Below are positions 29,671-40,892 of a stretch of 64,000 nucleotides of DNA, one piece after another. Position numbers and translations under genes: made by a program. The DNA comes from Enterobacterales bacterium (GTDB taxonomy: Bacteria; Pseudomonadota; Gammaproteobacteria; Enterobacterales; GCA-002770795). The DNA is taken from assembly GCA_041556195.1 (NCBI GenBank), contig JBFFIY010000001.1:31877-95876 (forward strand), read 5' to 3'. Positions within the stretch are counted from its first letter, which is position 1; each line of letters opens with the position of its first letter. The notes below the pieces were generated by a model. That model did no database searches. It worked only from the letters and a program-made list of their open reading frames with translations, and was not told where the DNA came from.

Positions 29671-30426
29671 GTGAGAAAACGTTTAGTAATAGGTAACTGG
29701 AAATTACATGGCTCATTGAGTGAAAATGCTCAATTAGTACAGGATCTGATCACAGATCTAAAGGTTCTTTCTTCGGAAAATCAACCTCAGGTAGCCATTT
29801 GTCCACCTTTTGTTTATTTGTCATCATTAGCACAGCTGCTAGAGAGTACGCCTTTGAGTCTTGGTGCTCAGGATGCTTTTGAACAAGAAAAAGGTGCATT
29901 TACCGGTGAAGTGTCTGCATCAATGCTTGCAGAATTTAATGTGAAATATGTACTTGTAGGTCATTCCGAACGACGTACTTTGTTTGGTGATACGGATCAA
30001 CGAGTAGCTGCCAAGTTTGAGGCAGTTAAAAAACAAGGGTTAATTCCTGTACTTTGTATTGGTGAAACTTTGCAACAAAGGGAATCAAATCAGACTCAGG
30101 ATGTTATTATTGCTCAATTACAATCGGTGGTTGACGTTGTGGGTGCCGAGGCGTTAGCAACTTCTGTAATTGCCTATGAACCGATTTGGGCAATTGGCAC
30201 AGGTAAAACAGCAACAACGCAGCAGGCTCAACAAGTTCATGCTTTAATCAGGAACTGGTTGACTGAGCGAGTAGGAGAGAAGGCTTTGACTACCCAAATC
30301 CTATATGGAGGTAGTGTAAAACCAGACAACGCGGCAGAATTATTCACTCAGCCAGATATTGATGGTGGGCTGATAGGCGGAGCTTCACTGGAAGCTGAAT
30401 CATTTTTAGCCATTTGCTATAGTTAA
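29671..30426 (+). CDS. tpiA: Triosephosphate isomerase (GTG start)
   Basis: GNWKLHG, VGHSERR, AYEPIWAIGTG, YGGSV. Confidence 0.93.
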   Translation: MRKRLVIGNWKLHGSLSENAQLVQDLITDLKVLSSENQPQVAICPPFVYLSSLAQLLESTPLSLGAQDAFEQEKGAFTGEVSASMLAEFNVKYVLVGHSERRTLFGDTDQRVAAKFEAVKKQGLIPVLCIGETLQQRESNQTQDVIIAQLQSVVDVVGAEALATSVIAYEPIWAIGTGKTATTQQAQQVHALIRNWLTERVGEKALTTQILYGGSVKPDNAAELFTQPDIDGGLIGGASLEAESFLAICYS

Positions 30427-30468
30427 AGCTACAACACATAGCTAATAACAAAGAAAGATAGGTTTATT

Positions 30469-30924
30469 ATGTACGAAATTTTATTAGTTTCATTTCTTAT
30501 TGTAGCAATATCCTTAGTATTGCTGATTTTAATTCAACACGGAAAAGGAGCCGACATGGGCGCTTCCTTTGGTGCGGGTGCTTCTGCAACTGTGTTTGGT
30601 TCTTCCGGTTCTGGGAATTTTTTAACCCGAACAACGGGTATTCTGGCAACTCTGTTTTTTGTTATTGCTTTGAGCCTGGCTTATCTGACAGCTAATCAAA
30701 ACAAAGGGGTTAAAGATACGGCTTCCAAGATTGAAGATATCACTAAACCTGCGGTTGAAGAAATTCCTGCAACAGAAAACACTGGTATTCCGGCTGTTGA
30801 TACCAAGATTGATACACAAAGTCTGGAGAGTGCAATACCAGATGCAATGGAAACTACTGAAGCGGTGGATGCAGTTAAAACGATCAATGAAGAAGATAAG
30901 CCTGCTGAAGATGAAGACAAATAG
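30469..30924 (+). CDS. secG: Preprotein translocase subunit SecG with an extended acidic C-terminus
   Basis: LLILIQHGKGADMGASFG signature and a second TM helix. 151 aa including a T/E/D-rich tail. Confidence 0.88.
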   Translation: MYEILLVSFLIVAISLVLLILIQHGKGADMGASFGAGASATVFGSSGSGNFLTRTTGILATLFFVIALSLAYLTANQNKGVKDTASKIEDITKPAVEEIPATENTGIPAVDTKIDTQSLESAIPDAMETTEAVDAVKTINEEDKPAEDEDK

Positions 30925-30974
30925 TTCAAAAATTTTAAATTTGGTAGTGTGCTAAAAACACTACTAACTGTTAT

Positions 30975-31059
30975 GCCGAAGTGGTGGAATTGGTAGACAC
31001 GCTAGCTTGAGGGGTTAGTGGCGTAAGCCGTGCCGGTTCAAGTCCGGCCTTCGGCACCA
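30975..31059 (+). tRNA. tRNA-Leu (anticodon GAG), CCA encoded
   Basis: Acceptor gccgaag/cttcggc. Anticodon stem ctagc/gttag with loop ttGAGgg. Long variable arm. T-arm gccgg-ttcaagt-ccggc. Same secG-tRNA-Leu adjacency as in E. coli. Confidence 0.93.
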
Positions 31060-31092
31060 TTTTTAAAATAAATACTGATAACAAATCTTGAT

Positions 31093-31117
31093 AAAAATAG
31101 CCTGGATGCTATTTTTT
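31093..31117 (+). terminator. Rho-independent terminator after tRNA-Leu
   Basis: aaaaatagc / gctattttt 9-bp stem with loop ctggat, running into a T-tract. Confidence 0.6.
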
Positions 31118-31283
31118 GAGGTTATATAGTAATTAGAATAATAAGTTCTGGTTCAAAATCCAGGAAAAAAATTGTTTATTGGGAATATCGTCAAGCTTTT
31201 CTATACTGAGTTGACAGAGATCACCTAAAGCGAAATTATTTGCTTTAAAATTCAGCACCAATCGATATGATAAGGGCACACAA

Positions 31284-31640
31284 ATGCTAGAAAACTATCT
31301 GCCAATATTGGTTTTCATTGTCATGGGCATCGCCATTGGCGTTGGACCTATACTTGCCGGTTTCATCCTTGGACCACATAAACCCGACGAAGATAAATTA
31401 AAACCCTATGAATGTGGTTTTGATGCTTTTGAAGATGCCCGTATGAAGTTTGATGTGCGTTTTTATCTGGTTGCCATTCTATTTATTATTTTTGATTTGG
31501 AAGTTGCCTTTTTGTTTCCCTGGGCTGTTGTTCTGGATAACATCGGCTGGTTTGGATTTTGGAGCATGATGGTATTTTTTGGGCTGTTGGTCATTGGTTT
31601 TATTTATGAATGGAAAAAAGGAGCACTGGAATGGGAATAG
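31284..31640 (+). CDS. nuoA: NADH-quinone oxidoreductase subunit A
   Basis: 118 aa, 3 TM helices, PYECGF motif. First gene of the nuo cluster. Confidence 0.93.
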   Translation: MLENYLPILVFIVMGIAIGVGPILAGFILGPHKPDEDKLKPYECGFDAFEDARMKFDVRFYLVAILFIIFDLEVAFLFPWAVVLDNIGWFGFWSMMVFFGLLVIGFIYEWKKGALEWE

Positions 31641-32158
31641 AAGGCATTCTCAAAGAAGGTTTCGTCACCACCTCTCTTGATTCTGTGATTAACTGGGCTA
31701 GAACTGGTTCCATGTGGCCTATGAGTTTTGGATTGGCCTGCTGTGCCATTGAGATGATGCAGGCTGGTGCCGCACGTTATGACATAGACAGATTTGGAAT
31801 GATTTTCAGGCCCAGCCCAAGGCAATCTGATGTGATGATTGTTGCGGGTACTTTAACTAACAAAATGGCTCCAGCCTTAAGGCGTGTTTATGATCAGATG
31901 ACTGAACCTCGTTGGGTTATTTCCATGGGTTCTTGTGCCAATGGTGGTGGTTATTATCATTATTCTTACTCTGTAGTTCGGGGGTGTGACAGAATTGTGC
32001 CAGTTGATGTTTATGTGCCCGGCTGTCCACCCACCGCTGAAGCACTTTTATACGGCATTATTCAGCTAAAAAATAAAATTGTACGTACCAATACCATTGC
32101 TCGTCAGGAAACTGCAGTTATTAATAATGAAAAGGTACAGCAAGGGGAGTTGGTATGA
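31631..32158 (+). CDS. nuoB: NADH-quinone oxidoreductase subunit B
   Basis: [26 protein letters not shown] (N2 cluster cysteines). I prefer ATG 31631 (GGAG 7 nt upstream) to the track start at 31610. Confidence 0.92.
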   Translation: MGIEGILKEGFVTTSLDSVINWARTGSMWPMSFGLACCAIEMMQAGAARYDIDRFGMIFRPSPRQSDVMIVAGTLTNKMAPALRRVYDQMTEPRWVISMGSCANGGGYYHYSYSVVRGCDRIVPVDVYVPGCPPTAEALLYGIIQLKNKIVRTNTIARQETAVINNEKVQQGELV

Positions 32159-32907
32159 GAGCCGAATTACTCCTTGAAGCCGTGAAAACAGCTTTTGCCG
32201 ACATCCTCAGCGACAAGAGTACCCAAGTGGTATTGGATGTAAATGAAGTAACGTTAGAAGTTTCTTCGGCTAATTATTTTTCTGTGTGCCAGCGCCTGAG
32301 AGATGAAGAGCAATTTCGATTTGATGAAATGATCGATTTATGTGGAATGGATTACTCGACTTATGGCATGGCTGAATGGGTCACAGACGCTGCTTCTGAA
32401 ACTGGCTTCGAACGTGCTGTACATACAGACACTGAACAGGTATCAACCTGGACAAAACCCAGGTTTGCCGCAGTTGTGCATTTGCTTTCCCTTACTCATA
32501 ACCAACGAATAAGAGTTCGTGTTTTTGCTGAAGATGAAGAGTATCCGCTGATCCCCAGTATTACTGAACTGTGGAATGGTGTGGCATGGTTTGAGAGAGA
32601 AGCTTTTGATCTGTACGGTATTTTATTTGAAGGTCATGCAGATTTACGTCGAATTTTGACAGATTATGGTTTTGTTGGTCATCCGTTTAGAAAAGACTTC
32701 CCATTAATCGGCAATGTTGAAATGCGTTATGACGCCACTCAAAGACGTTGTATTTATGAAGAAGTTTCTATAGAACCTCGTATCCTTGTTCCTCGTGTTA
32801 TTCGCGGACAGGATAAATCTAAGGCTGTAGCTCCAACTAATGATGAAGCTGTAACTGAAGAAGCTGCTACTGAAAAAAACAGTGTAGAGGAAAAGAACAA
32901 TGGGTGA
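32155..32907 (+). CDS. nuoC: NADH-quinone oxidoreductase subunit C (separate from D)
   Basis: [42 protein letters not shown] overlap with nuoB. Confidence 0.92.
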   Translation: MRAELLLEAVKTAFADILSDKSTQVVLDVNEVTLEVSSANYFSVCQRLRDEEQFRFDEMIDLCGMDYSTYGMAEWVTDAASETGFERAVHTDTEQVSTWTKPRFAAVVHLLSLTHNQRIRVRVFAEDEEYPLIPSITELWNGVAWFEREAFDLYGILFEGHADLRRILTDYGFVGHPFRKDFPLIGNVEMRYDATQRRCIYEEVSIEPRILVPRVIRGQDKSKAVAPTNDEAVTEEAATEKNSVEEKNNG

Positions 32908-34153
32908 TATTCGTAATTACACGCTTAATTTCGGCCCACAACATCCGGCTGCTCACGGCGTATTGCGCCTGATTTTAGAGCTTGATGGTGAAACGGTTAT
33001 GGGTGCAGATCCTCATATTGGATTATTGCATCGTGCCACTGAAAAACTAGCTGAAAGCAAACCGTATAATCAGAGTATTGCTTATATGGATCGTCTCGAT
33101 TATGTCTCCATGATGTGTAATGAACATGGTTATGTCATGGCAATCGAAAAGCTTATGGGGATACAGGTACCTCTGAGAGCACAATATATTCGGGTAATGT
33201 TTGATGAAATTACGCGACTTCTCAACCATCTGATGTGGATTGGTGCTCATGGACTGGATATTGGAGCCATGAATGTATTCATCTACGCTTTCCGTGATAG
33301 AGAGCCATTGTTAGATGCTTATGAAGCCGTATCTGGAGCAAGAATGCACGCCGCCTATTATCGTCCTGGTGGAGTATATCGTGATTTACCGGATTCCATG
33401 CCTCATCATGAAGTTTCTAAATGGCACAATGCTGCAGAAGTCGCCAAAATGAATGAAAATCGTCAAGGTTCTTTGCTTGATTTCCTGGAAGATTTTTGTA
33501 ATGAATTTATTCCCCACGTCGATGACATTGAAACGTTGTTAACCGATAACAGAATTTGGAAACAACGTACCGTGGGAATTGGCGTAGTTTCTCCGGAAAG
33601 AGCTTCTCAGCTCGGATTTACCGGTCCTATGTTAAGAGGTTCCGGCGTTGCCTGGGATCTGCGAAAAAAACAACCCTATGAAGTTTATGACAAAATGGAT
33701 TTTGATATTCCAGTTGGTAAAAATGGTGATTGTTATGATCGCTATTTGGTCAGAATGGAAGAAATGCGTCAGTCCGAGCGAATTATTCGCCAATGTATTG
33801 ACTGGCTTAGAGTGAATGAAGGACCTGTTATTGTGCAGGATCTTAAAGTCGCTCCTCCATCACGAAAAAATATGAAACAAGACATGGAATCCATGATTCA
33901 TCACTTTAAATTGTTTACTGAAGGTTATAGCGTACCAGAGGGTGAAGCCTATGCCGCAATTGAACATCCTAAAGGAGAATTTGGTGTCTATCTGGCTTCT
34001 GATGGTGCAAATAAACCTTATCGTATGAAAATTCGCGCTCCGGGTTTTGCTCATTTATCTGCTATGGAAGAAATGGTTAAAGGCCATATGTTGGCTGATG
34101 TGGTTGCCATTATTGGAACCATGGATGTGGTATTTGGGGAGATTGACCGATAA
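32900..34153 (+). CDS. nuoD: NADH-quinone oxidoreductase subunit D
   Basis: [26 protein letters not shown]-terminal VFGEIDR. Confidence 0.95.
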   Translation: MGDIRNYTLNFGPQHPAAHGVLRLILELDGETVMGADPHIGLLHRATEKLAESKPYNQSIAYMDRLDYVSMMCNEHGYVMAIEKLMGIQVPLRAQYIRVMFDEITRLLNHLMWIGAHGLDIGAMNVFIYAFRDREPLLDAYEAVSGARMHAAYYRPGGVYRDLPDSMPHHEVSKWHNAAEVAKMNENRQGSLLDFLEDFCNEFIPHVDDIETLLTDNRIWKQRTVGIGVVSPERASQLGFTGPMLRGSGVAWDLRKKQPYEVYDKMDFDIPVGKNGDCYDRYLVRMEEMRQSERIIRQCIDWLRVNEGPVIVQDLKVAPPSRKNMKQDMESMIHHFKLFTEGYSVPEGEAYAAIEHPKGEFGVYLASDGANKPYRMKIRAPGFAHLSAMEEMVKGHMLADVVAIIGTMDVVFGEIDR

Positions 34154-34707
34154 TGACTAAACAAACCGCAAATCCAATAACCAAAACTTCTGTGGCTGAA
34201 TATCAAAAGGCCTTTGTAGAACTTGTGAGCCTGGAAGCTGCTGCAGAATTAGATGTTTGGACAGCTAAATATCCTGCAGATAAAAAACGTTCGGCAGTGA
34301 TGGCGGGATTGATGATAGCTCAAGAATCCAATGGTGGACGATTAACCACAGAGCTGATGGATGCAGTGGCTGATTATCTGCAAATTTCTCATATCGCAGC
34401 GTACGAAGTTGCCAGTTTCTACTCCATGTACAACATGAAGGAAGTTGGCAAGTATGTGATTAATGTCTGTACCAATATTTCTTGTATGCTTCGAGGTTCA
34501 GATGAGGTAATGGAGCATCTTAAAGAACGCTTAAAAATTAATGTGGGAGAAACTTCCGCAGATGGCATGTTCACTTTAAAAGAAGTGGAATGTCAGGGTG
34601 CCTGTGCGGGAGCGCCTATGTTCGAGGTAGACAAGGTTTACCATGAAAATTTAACCGCCGAAAGTATCGATAATATACTTGATCGTCTGGCCAAACCGGC
34701 TAGTTGA
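34153..34707 (+). CDS. nuoE: NADH-quinone oxidoreductase subunit E
   Basis: 2Fe-2S cysteines in [10 protein letters not shown] ... [10 protein letters not shown]. Confidence 0.92.
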   Translation: MTKQTANPITKTSVAEYQKAFVELVSLEAAAELDVWTAKYPADKKRSAVMAGLMIAQESNGGRLTTELMDAVADYLQISHIAAYEVASFYSMYNMKEVGKYVINVCTNISCMLRGSDEVMEHLKERLKINVGETSADGMFTLKEVECQGACAGAPMFEVDKVYHENLTAESIDNILDRLAKPAS

Positions 34708-34717
34708 GGAAAGAGAT

Positions 34718-35989
34718 ATGCATGAGCAAGTTTGTTTTAGAACTTTAAAACTGGATAAGCCCTGGTCACTTGAGACATATGAGAGTGTCGGTGGTTATGC
34801 AGTTTGGCGTAAAATTTTGAAAGAACAAACACCACCGGAGGAAATTATTGAAACATTAAAATTATCCTCTTTACGTGGGCGAGGGGGAGCAGGTTTCCCT
34901 ACTGGGCTAAAGTGGAGCTTCATGCCCAGAAATGCAGACATTCAAAAATACGCAGTTTGTAATTCAGATGAAGGTGAACCGGGTACCTGTAAAGATCGTG
35001 ATATTTTGCGTTATAACCCGCATCAATTAATCGAAGGTATGGCTATCGGCGGATATGTGATGGGTGCCACCGTTGGTTACAATTATATTCGTGGTGAATT
35101 TTATGAACCCATTGAACGTTTTGAAGCAGCACTAAAAGAAGCTTATGAACAGGGGTTTTTAGGAAAAAATATCATGGGCACCAATGTCGACTTTGACCTT
35201 TACAGTCATTATGGTGCAGGGGCCTATATTTGTGGTGAAGAAACGGCACTATTAGAATCCCTGGAAGGTAAAAAAGGTCAACCCAGATTCAAACCGCCAT
35301 TTCCGGCGAACTATGGTGTTTTTGGAAACCCCACCACCATTAACAATACTGAAACCTTTGCATCGGTTCCTGTCATTCTTGAAAAGGGTGGGCAATGGTT
35401 TGCAGATTTAGGTATTCCTCGAAACGGTGGTAGTAAACTTTTTTCTGTCACTGGGCATGTTGAAAAACCTGGAAATTTTGAAGTTAATTTGGGAACCCCT
35501 TTTAAAGACTTATTAGAAATGGCTGGGGGGATCTGGAAAGGTCGTAAACTCAAAGCCGTCATTCCTGGTGGTTCCTCTACACCGGTATTACCTGCTGATG
35601 TGATGATGGATCTCACTATGGATTATGATGCCATCGGTAAAGCAGGTTCCATGTTAGGTGCAGGTTCTGTCATTGTGATGGACGAGACAACCTGTATGGT
35701 TAAAGTACTGGCTCGTTTAGCAGATTTTTATCATGAAGAATCTTGTGGCCAATGTACGCCATGTCGAGAAGGTACTGGTTGGTTAGCACGTATGTTACAT
35801 CGTATCGTTGCCGGAAAAGGGCATATAGAAGATCTGGAAAAACTCGATCAGGTTGCTGAAAGCATTCGTGGTCGGACAATTTGTGCGCTGGGAGATGCTG
35901 CGGCAATGCCAGTTCAGGGAATGTTGAAGTACTACAAACATGAATTTGAATACTACATTGAACATGGTCGTTCTATGGTGAATAGTTAA
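34718..35989 (+). CDS. nuoF: NADH-quinone oxidoreductase subunit F
   Basis: [10 protein letters not shown] (FMN site), [24 protein letters not shown] 34718 has a GAGG SD, while the track start at 34679 lies inside nuoE. Confidence 0.93.
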   Translation: MHEQVCFRTLKLDKPWSLETYESVGGYAVWRKILKEQTPPEEIIETLKLSSLRGRGGAGFPTGLKWSFMPRNADIQKYAVCNSDEGEPGTCKDRDILRYNPHQLIEGMAIGGYVMGATVGYNYIRGEFYEPIERFEAALKEAYEQGFLGKNIMGTNVDFDLYSHYGAGAYICGEETALLESLEGKKGQPRFKPPFPANYGVFGNPTTINNTETFASVPVILEKGGQWFADLGIPRNGGSKLFSVTGHVEKPGNFEVNLGTPFKDLLEMAGGIWKGRKLKAVIPGGSSTPVLPADVMMDLTMDYDAIGKAGSMLGAGSVIVMDETTCMVKVLARLADFYHEESCGQCTPCREGTGWLARMLHRIVAGKGHIEDLEKLDQVAESIRGRTICALGDAAAMPVQGMLKYYKHEFEYYIEHGRSMVNS

Positions 35990-36045
35990 ACAGAAGTACT
36001 CTTAAGTCATAGTTTTTAAATTATAAGTAACAAGTGGGAACAGCG

Positions 36046-38226
36046 ATGGTAAACATCGAAATTGATGGTAAAAAACTGACAGCCGAACCGGGCTCAATGA
36101 TTATTGAAGTAGCAGATCTGAACGACGTTTACATTCCTCGTTTTTGCTACCACAAGAAATTATTTGTTGCGGCAAATTGTCGTATGTGTCTGGTAGAAGT
36201 TGGCAATATTCCTAAGCCTGTTCCTGCCTGTGCCACACCTGTTGCCGAAGGTATGGTGGTTCAAACTCAATCAGATATTGCTCGAGATGCACAAAAATCT
36301 GTTATGGAATTTTTGTTAATCAACCATCCTCTGGACTGCCCGATTTGTGATCAGGGTGGAGAATGTGAATTACAAGATATTGCTATGGGTTATGGTGGCG
36401 ATAGCTCTCGTTATGAAGAGACAAAACGTGTTGCCCTGGATAAAGATATTGGCCCCTTAATTTCGACAGAAATGACCCGTTGTATTCACTGTACTCGTTG
36501 TGTGCGTTTTGGAGCTGAAATTGCCGGTGTTCGTGAAATGGGTATGTTAGGTCGTGGTGAAACGGCAGAAATAGGTACCTTTATTTCTAAATCTGTTGAC
36601 TCAGAAGTTTCAGCCAACATCATTGATTTATGTCCAGTTGGTGCATTAACCGCAAAACCTTCTCGTTATAGCGCCAGAGCCTGGGAATTAAAATCATACG
36701 CTTCCATAGCTGCTCATGATTGCCTTGGTTCTAACATTGAATTACATGTTAGAAATGATCGTGTGATGAGAGTGGTTCCTAAAGAAAATGAGTCTATCAA
36801 TGAAGTTTGGTTATCAGATAGAGATAGATTTTCTTATGAAGCTCTTAATTCTGAACAGCGTTTACAACAACCCAAAATTAAAGAAAATGGCGAATGGAAA
36901 ACCGTTGATTGGCAGACAGCATTAAAGCGTGTTGTAGGTGGTTTGAATTCTGTTTTACAATCTCATGGCAAAGAAGCATTAGGTGCATTGGTTTCTGCTA
37001 ACTCAACTGTTGAAGAAATGTTTCTAGCGCAAAAACTTATACGTCAGTTAGGCTCCAACAATATTGATCATCGTTTAGGTCAGGCGGATTTTTCCGATGA
37101 TAAAAATGATCCTTTATTTCCTGAATTAGGATGTGATATTGCCGCTCTGGAAGATCAGGGCGCTGTATTGTTAGTCGGTTCAAACCTTCGCAAAGAACAA
37201 CCTCTGGCTGCAGTAAGATTACGTAAAACTACTCGTCAGGGAAAGATTTTTGCCATCAATCAAAATGATTATGCGTTTAATTTTAAACTCAGTGCTAACC
37301 AGATTGTGGCAGCCAATGAATTTGCCAATCAACTTGCCGCAGTGCTCAGTGCCGCAGTGACAAAAACAGACGTCACTTTATCAGATGATTGGAAAACTTT
37401 AATTGAAAATGTAGAAGTGCAAGAAGCACACAAGAAAATAGCCAATGCATTAGTTGAATCCTCCGATGCCGCCATTATTTTTGGGGCAATCGCGCAGTCC
37501 CATCCAGATTTTTCAACATTAAGATCTTTGGCTGTCAAACTTGCAAAAGTTACTGGTGCCAGTTTTGGCCGATTAACTGCTGGCGCAAATAGTGCTGGTG
37601 CTTATCTGGCTGGCGCTGTGCCACATCGAGATCCTTTGGTTATTGCAAAAGATCTACCTGCTGGAAAAAATGCTCGCCAGATGCTCAGCGGTGATATTAA
37701 AGGACTATTGTTGTTAAACGTTGAGCCAGGACAGGATGCTCTGGAAAGTGAAACAGCTTTAAAAGCCATGCAAGATGCAGAGTTTGTAGTAGCACTTACC
37801 GCATTTTCTGATAGTGAAGTGGCTGATTATGCCGATGTCATGTTACCTGCAGCCATTTTTGCAGAAACCTCTGGTTCATTTGTTAATGTTAACGGTACAT
37901 TACAATCGTTTAAAGGTGCTGTCACACCAGTTGGTGAAGCTAGACCTATCTGGAAAATATTGAGAGTACTTGGTAACTTTATGGAGCTACCCGGTTATGA
38001 ATATGTCTCTTCAGAAGATGTATTGGCTGAAATGGAAAAAAGCTGCTCAAATAAAATTAAAAAGCCAACTTACAAAGCGCCAATCAGCCTGACTTTAGCA
38101 GCAGAACTTGATAAAAAACCAAGTGTTAAAGAAGTGTCGATTTACCAGGCAGATCCACTGGTACGTCGAGCGAAATCTTTACAAGCAACCGCTGATGGCA
38201 AACTTGCCAGCAGCAACGCAGAATAA
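36046..38226 (+). CDS. nuoG: NADH-quinone oxidoreductase subunit G (75-kDa type)
   Basis: CYHKKL..CRMCLVE, HPLDCPICDQGGECELQD, CIHCTRCVRF. I prefer ATG 36046 to GTG 36034. Confidence 0.92.
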   Translation: MVNIEIDGKKLTAEPGSMIIEVADLNDVYIPRFCYHKKLFVAANCRMCLVEVGNIPKPVPACATPVAEGMVVQTQSDIARDAQKSVMEFLLINHPLDCPICDQGGECELQDIAMGYGGDSSRYEETKRVALDKDIGPLISTEMTRCIHCTRCVRFGAEIAGVREMGMLGRGETAEIGTFISKSVDSEVSANIIDLCPVGALTAKPSRYSARAWELKSYASIAAHDCLGSNIELHVRNDRVMRVVPKENESINEVWLSDRDRFSYEALNSEQRLQQPKIKENGEWKTVDWQTALKRVVGGLNSVLQSHGKEALGALVSANSTVEEMFLAQKLIRQLGSNNIDHRLGQADFSDDKNDPLFPELGCDIAALEDQGAVLLVGSNLRKEQPLAAVRLRKTTRQGKIFAINQNDYAFNFKLSANQIVAANEFANQLAAVLSAAVTKTDVTLSDDWKTLIENVEVQEAHKKIANALVESSDAAIIFGAIAQSHPDFSTLRSLAVKLAKVTGASFGRLTAGANSAGAYLAGAVPHRDPLVIAKDLPAGKNARQMLSGDIKGLLLLNVEPGQDALESETALKAMQDAEFVVALTAFSDSEVADYADVMLPAAIFAETSGSFVNVNGTLQSFKGAVTPVGEARPIWKILRVLGNFMELPGYEYVSSEDVLAEMEKSCSNKIKKPTYKAPISLTLAAELDKKPSVKEVSIYQADPLVRRAKSLQATADGKLASSNAE

Positions 38227-38246
38227 TTGTTTAGGGGCATCAGAAT

Positions 38247-39272
38247 ATGATGGATACCATACTGGACTTATTGTGGATAGTGGTAAAAATTGCCGCCATT
38301 CTGTTACCGGTATTTACTGCGGTGGCCTACACCACCTATGCCGAAAGAAAACTGATCGGTTATACCCAGTTACGTGTTGGCCCTAATCGCGTTGGTTGGA
38401 GAGGTTGGTTGCAGCCCATTGCTGATGCAGTGAAGCTGGTAATGAAAGAAATTATTATTCCAACAGGCTCCAATAAAATTCTATTCCTTGTAGGACCAAT
38501 GCTATTTATTGCGCCATCATTGGTGGCCTGGTCAGTTATTCCTTTTGATCAGGGGTTGGTGCTGGCGGATATCAATATTGGTTTAATGTTTTTGTTAGCC
38601 ATGACCTCTATTGGCGTTTACGGGGTTATAATTGCAGGCTGGGCCTCTAATTCAAAATATGCCTTTATGGGAGCATTACGTAGTGCCTCACAAATAGTGT
38701 CTTATGAAATTGCCATGGGTTTTGCTTTGGTCGGCGTTTTGCTGGTGAGCCATAGTTTGAATCTGACAGAAATTGTTGAGGGGCAAAGTGGAAGCTTCTT
38801 AACCTGGAATTGGTTGCCCCTGTTTCCATTAATGCTGATCTACTGGATTTCTGCGGTAGCAGAAACCAATCGTGCTCCTTTTGATGTTGCTGAAGGTGAG
38901 TCTGAAATTGTAGCGGGTTTTCACGTTGAATATGCGGGCATGACTTTTGCTGTTTTCTTCCTGGCGGAATACGCCAATATGATTTTGTTAGCGGTATTAA
39001 CCAGCTTAATGTTCTTTGGTGGTTGGTTATCTCCCCTGCAAGGCATACCTTACCTTGAAACTGTAGGTGAAATGGTTCCTGGTATTGTCTGGTTATTGAT
39101 TAAGGCGAGTTTCTTTGTATTCGTTTATCTATGGTTTAGAGCGACTTTCCCACGTTACCGCTATGATCAAATTATGCGATTAGGTTGGAAAATCTTTATA
39201 CCAGTTACCATCGTCTGGCTGTTAGTGGTGGCCTTCGCCTCCAAAATGCAATTAGCACCTTGGTTTAATTAA
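38247..39272 (+). CDS. nuoH: NADH-quinone oxidoreductase subunit H
   Basis: [43 protein letters not shown]. Confidence 0.95.
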   Translation: MMDTILDLLWIVVKIAAILLPVFTAVAYTTYAERKLIGYTQLRVGPNRVGWRGWLQPIADAVKLVMKEIIIPTGSNKILFLVGPMLFIAPSLVAWSVIPFDQGLVLADINIGLMFLLAMTSIGVYGVIIAGWASNSKYAFMGALRSASQIVSYEIAMGFALVGVLLVSHSLNLTEIVEGQSGSFLTWNWLPLFPLMLIYWISAVAETNRAPFDVAEGESEIVAGFHVEYAGMTFAVFFLAEYANMILLAVLTSLMFFGGWLSPLQGIPYLETVGEMVPGIVWLLIKASFFVFVYLWFRATFPRYRYDQIMRLGWKIFIPVTIVWLLVVAFASKMQLAPWFN

Positions 39273-39344
39273 GAACTGTTTAATTAGAAATTGTTCAACT
39301 AGAAGCTGTTCAATCAGGAACTGTTTAACTAGGAAATATTATCA

Positions 39345-39836
39345 ATGCGATTTATTAGAGATTTCATTAATACTTTCTTCTTGCTGGAGCTAGTGCGTGG
39401 TTTGCAGTTGACTTGGCGTCATATGTGGATGAAAAAAATTACCATCCAGTATCCAGAAGAAAAAACGCCTATGTCTCCACGTTTTCGCGGTTTACATGCA
39501 TTACGTCGTTATGAGAATGGTGAGGAAAGATGTATTGCCTGCAAATTATGCGAAGCCGTTTGTCCTGCATTAGCCATAACCATTGAGGCAGGTCCAAGAG
39601 CAGAAGATGGCCAAAGAAGAACCACCAAATATGAAATTGACCTGTTTAAATGTATTTTTTGTGGATTTTGTGAAGAATCCTGTCCGGTTGATTCCATAGT
39701 AGAAACCAGAATTTTTGATTATCACTTTGAAAAACGTGGTGAAAACATTATGACCAAAGGCAAACTACTGGCCATTGGTGATCGCTATGAAGAGCAAATT
39801 GCTGAAGACTTGAAAGCTCAATCGGCTTATAGATAG
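39345..39836 (+). CDS. nuoI: NADH-quinone oxidoreductase subunit I
   Basis: Two 4Fe-4S motifs, [12 protein letters not shown] and [12 protein letters not shown]. Confidence 0.95.
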   Translation: MRFIRDFINTFFLLELVRGLQLTWRHMWMKKITIQYPEEKTPMSPRFRGLHALRRYENGEERCIACKLCEAVCPALAITIEAGPRAEDGQRRTTKYEIDLFKCIFCGFCEESCPVDSIVETRIFDYHFEKRGENIMTKGKLLAIGDRYEEQIAEDLKAQSAYR

Positions 39837-39894
39837 CTTTATATAAATTCAAAACTCCTTAGAAAATTGAAATATAGAAAAGAGAAAACAACTT

Positions 39895-40557
39895 ATGGGC
39901 ATTGAACAAATCGTTTTTTATGCATTCTCAAGCTTGCTGATTTTATCCGCTTTGGCGGTTATCACGGTGCGTAATTCAGTGCGAGCAGTATTATGGCTTA
40001 TTTTATGTTTTTTCTGTGCTGCAGTTATCTGGATGTTACTTGAAGCAGAGTTTTTAGCGATATCATTAATTTTGGTTTATGTGGGTGCGGTGATGGTGTT
40101 ATTCCTGTTTGTAGTGATGATGCTGGATATCGATTATGCAGCCATTAAGCAAGGTTTTACCCGATACCTTCCTTTGGGAATTCTGGGAATTGTGGCATTA
40201 TTTGGCGGGATCTATTCACTGATTAATAGCGGTATTTTCAACCTCGCCAACATGCCATTGCCAGCTGCGCATCCTGCTGACTACAGCAATATTCGTGAAT
40301 TGGGTATGTTGCTTTACACCCATTATTTTTATCCTTTTGAAATTGCAGCGGTACTATTACTGGTCGCCATTATTGCAGCGATTAGTTTAACTTTCCGTGG
40401 CAGTCGAGATCGAAAAGTGCAAAAAATTCATGAACAGGTAAAGGCTAATAAATCATCAAGATTACGAGTTCTTAAGATGGATGCCGAAGTGGAATTACCA
40501 TTAACACCAACAAATTCAGAGGCGGATTCAGATGATACTGAAGAAGTTAAAGGATAA
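39895..40557 (+). CDS. nuoJ: NADH-quinone oxidoreductase subunit J
   Basis: Position in the operon. 5-TM profile with LVYVGAVMVLFLFVVMML. Acidic C-terminal extension. Confidence 0.9.
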   Translation: MGIEQIVFYAFSSLLILSALAVITVRNSVRAVLWLILCFFCAAVIWMLLEAEFLAISLILVYVGAVMVLFLFVVMMLDIDYAAIKQGFTRYLPLGILGIVALFGGIYSLINSGIFNLANMPLPAAHPADYSNIRELGMLLYTHYFYPFEIAAVLLLVAIIAAISLTFRGSRDRKVQKIHEQVKANKSSRLRVLKMDAEVELPLTPTNSEADSDDTEEVKG

Positions 40558-40581
40558 CAGAGAGGTTTACTGGAGAATATT

Positions 40582-40887
40582 ATGATTGCTTTATCCGACT
40601 ATCTCACTGTGAGTGCCATATTGTTTGCGATTAGTATCGCTGGCATCGTGATTAACCGTAAAAATGTTATCACCCTGTTGTTATGTGTTGAGCTGATGTT
40701 GCTGGCTATAAACACCAATTTCATAGCCTTTTCTCGCTATATGGGGGACTCGGCTGGACAGATATTTGTTTTCTTTATTCTCACCGTAGCTGCGGCAGAA
40801 GCGGCTATTGGTTTGGCGATTTTAGTGGTGTTGTTTAGAAGCAGAGGCACCATTGATATCGAAGAACTAGATTCATTAAAGGGCTAG
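40582..40887 (+). CDS. nuoK: NADH-quinone oxidoreductase subunit K
   Basis: 101 aa, 3 TM helices, [12 protein letters not shown] and [15 protein letters not shown]. Confidence 0.93.
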   Translation: MIALSDYLTVSAILFAISIAGIVINRKNVITLLLCVELMLLAINTNFIAFSRYMGDSAGQIFVFFILTVAAAEAAIGLAILVVLFRSRGTIDIEELDSLKG

Positions 40888-40892
40888 CACTG

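Noticed and set aside
31211-31239. Possible sigma-70 promoter for nuoA (TTGACA at 31211-31216)
   Set aside because: The -35 hexamer is perfect, but the best -10 candidates at 17-18 nt spacing (AATTAT/ATTATT) are weak. It cannot be supported without TSS data.
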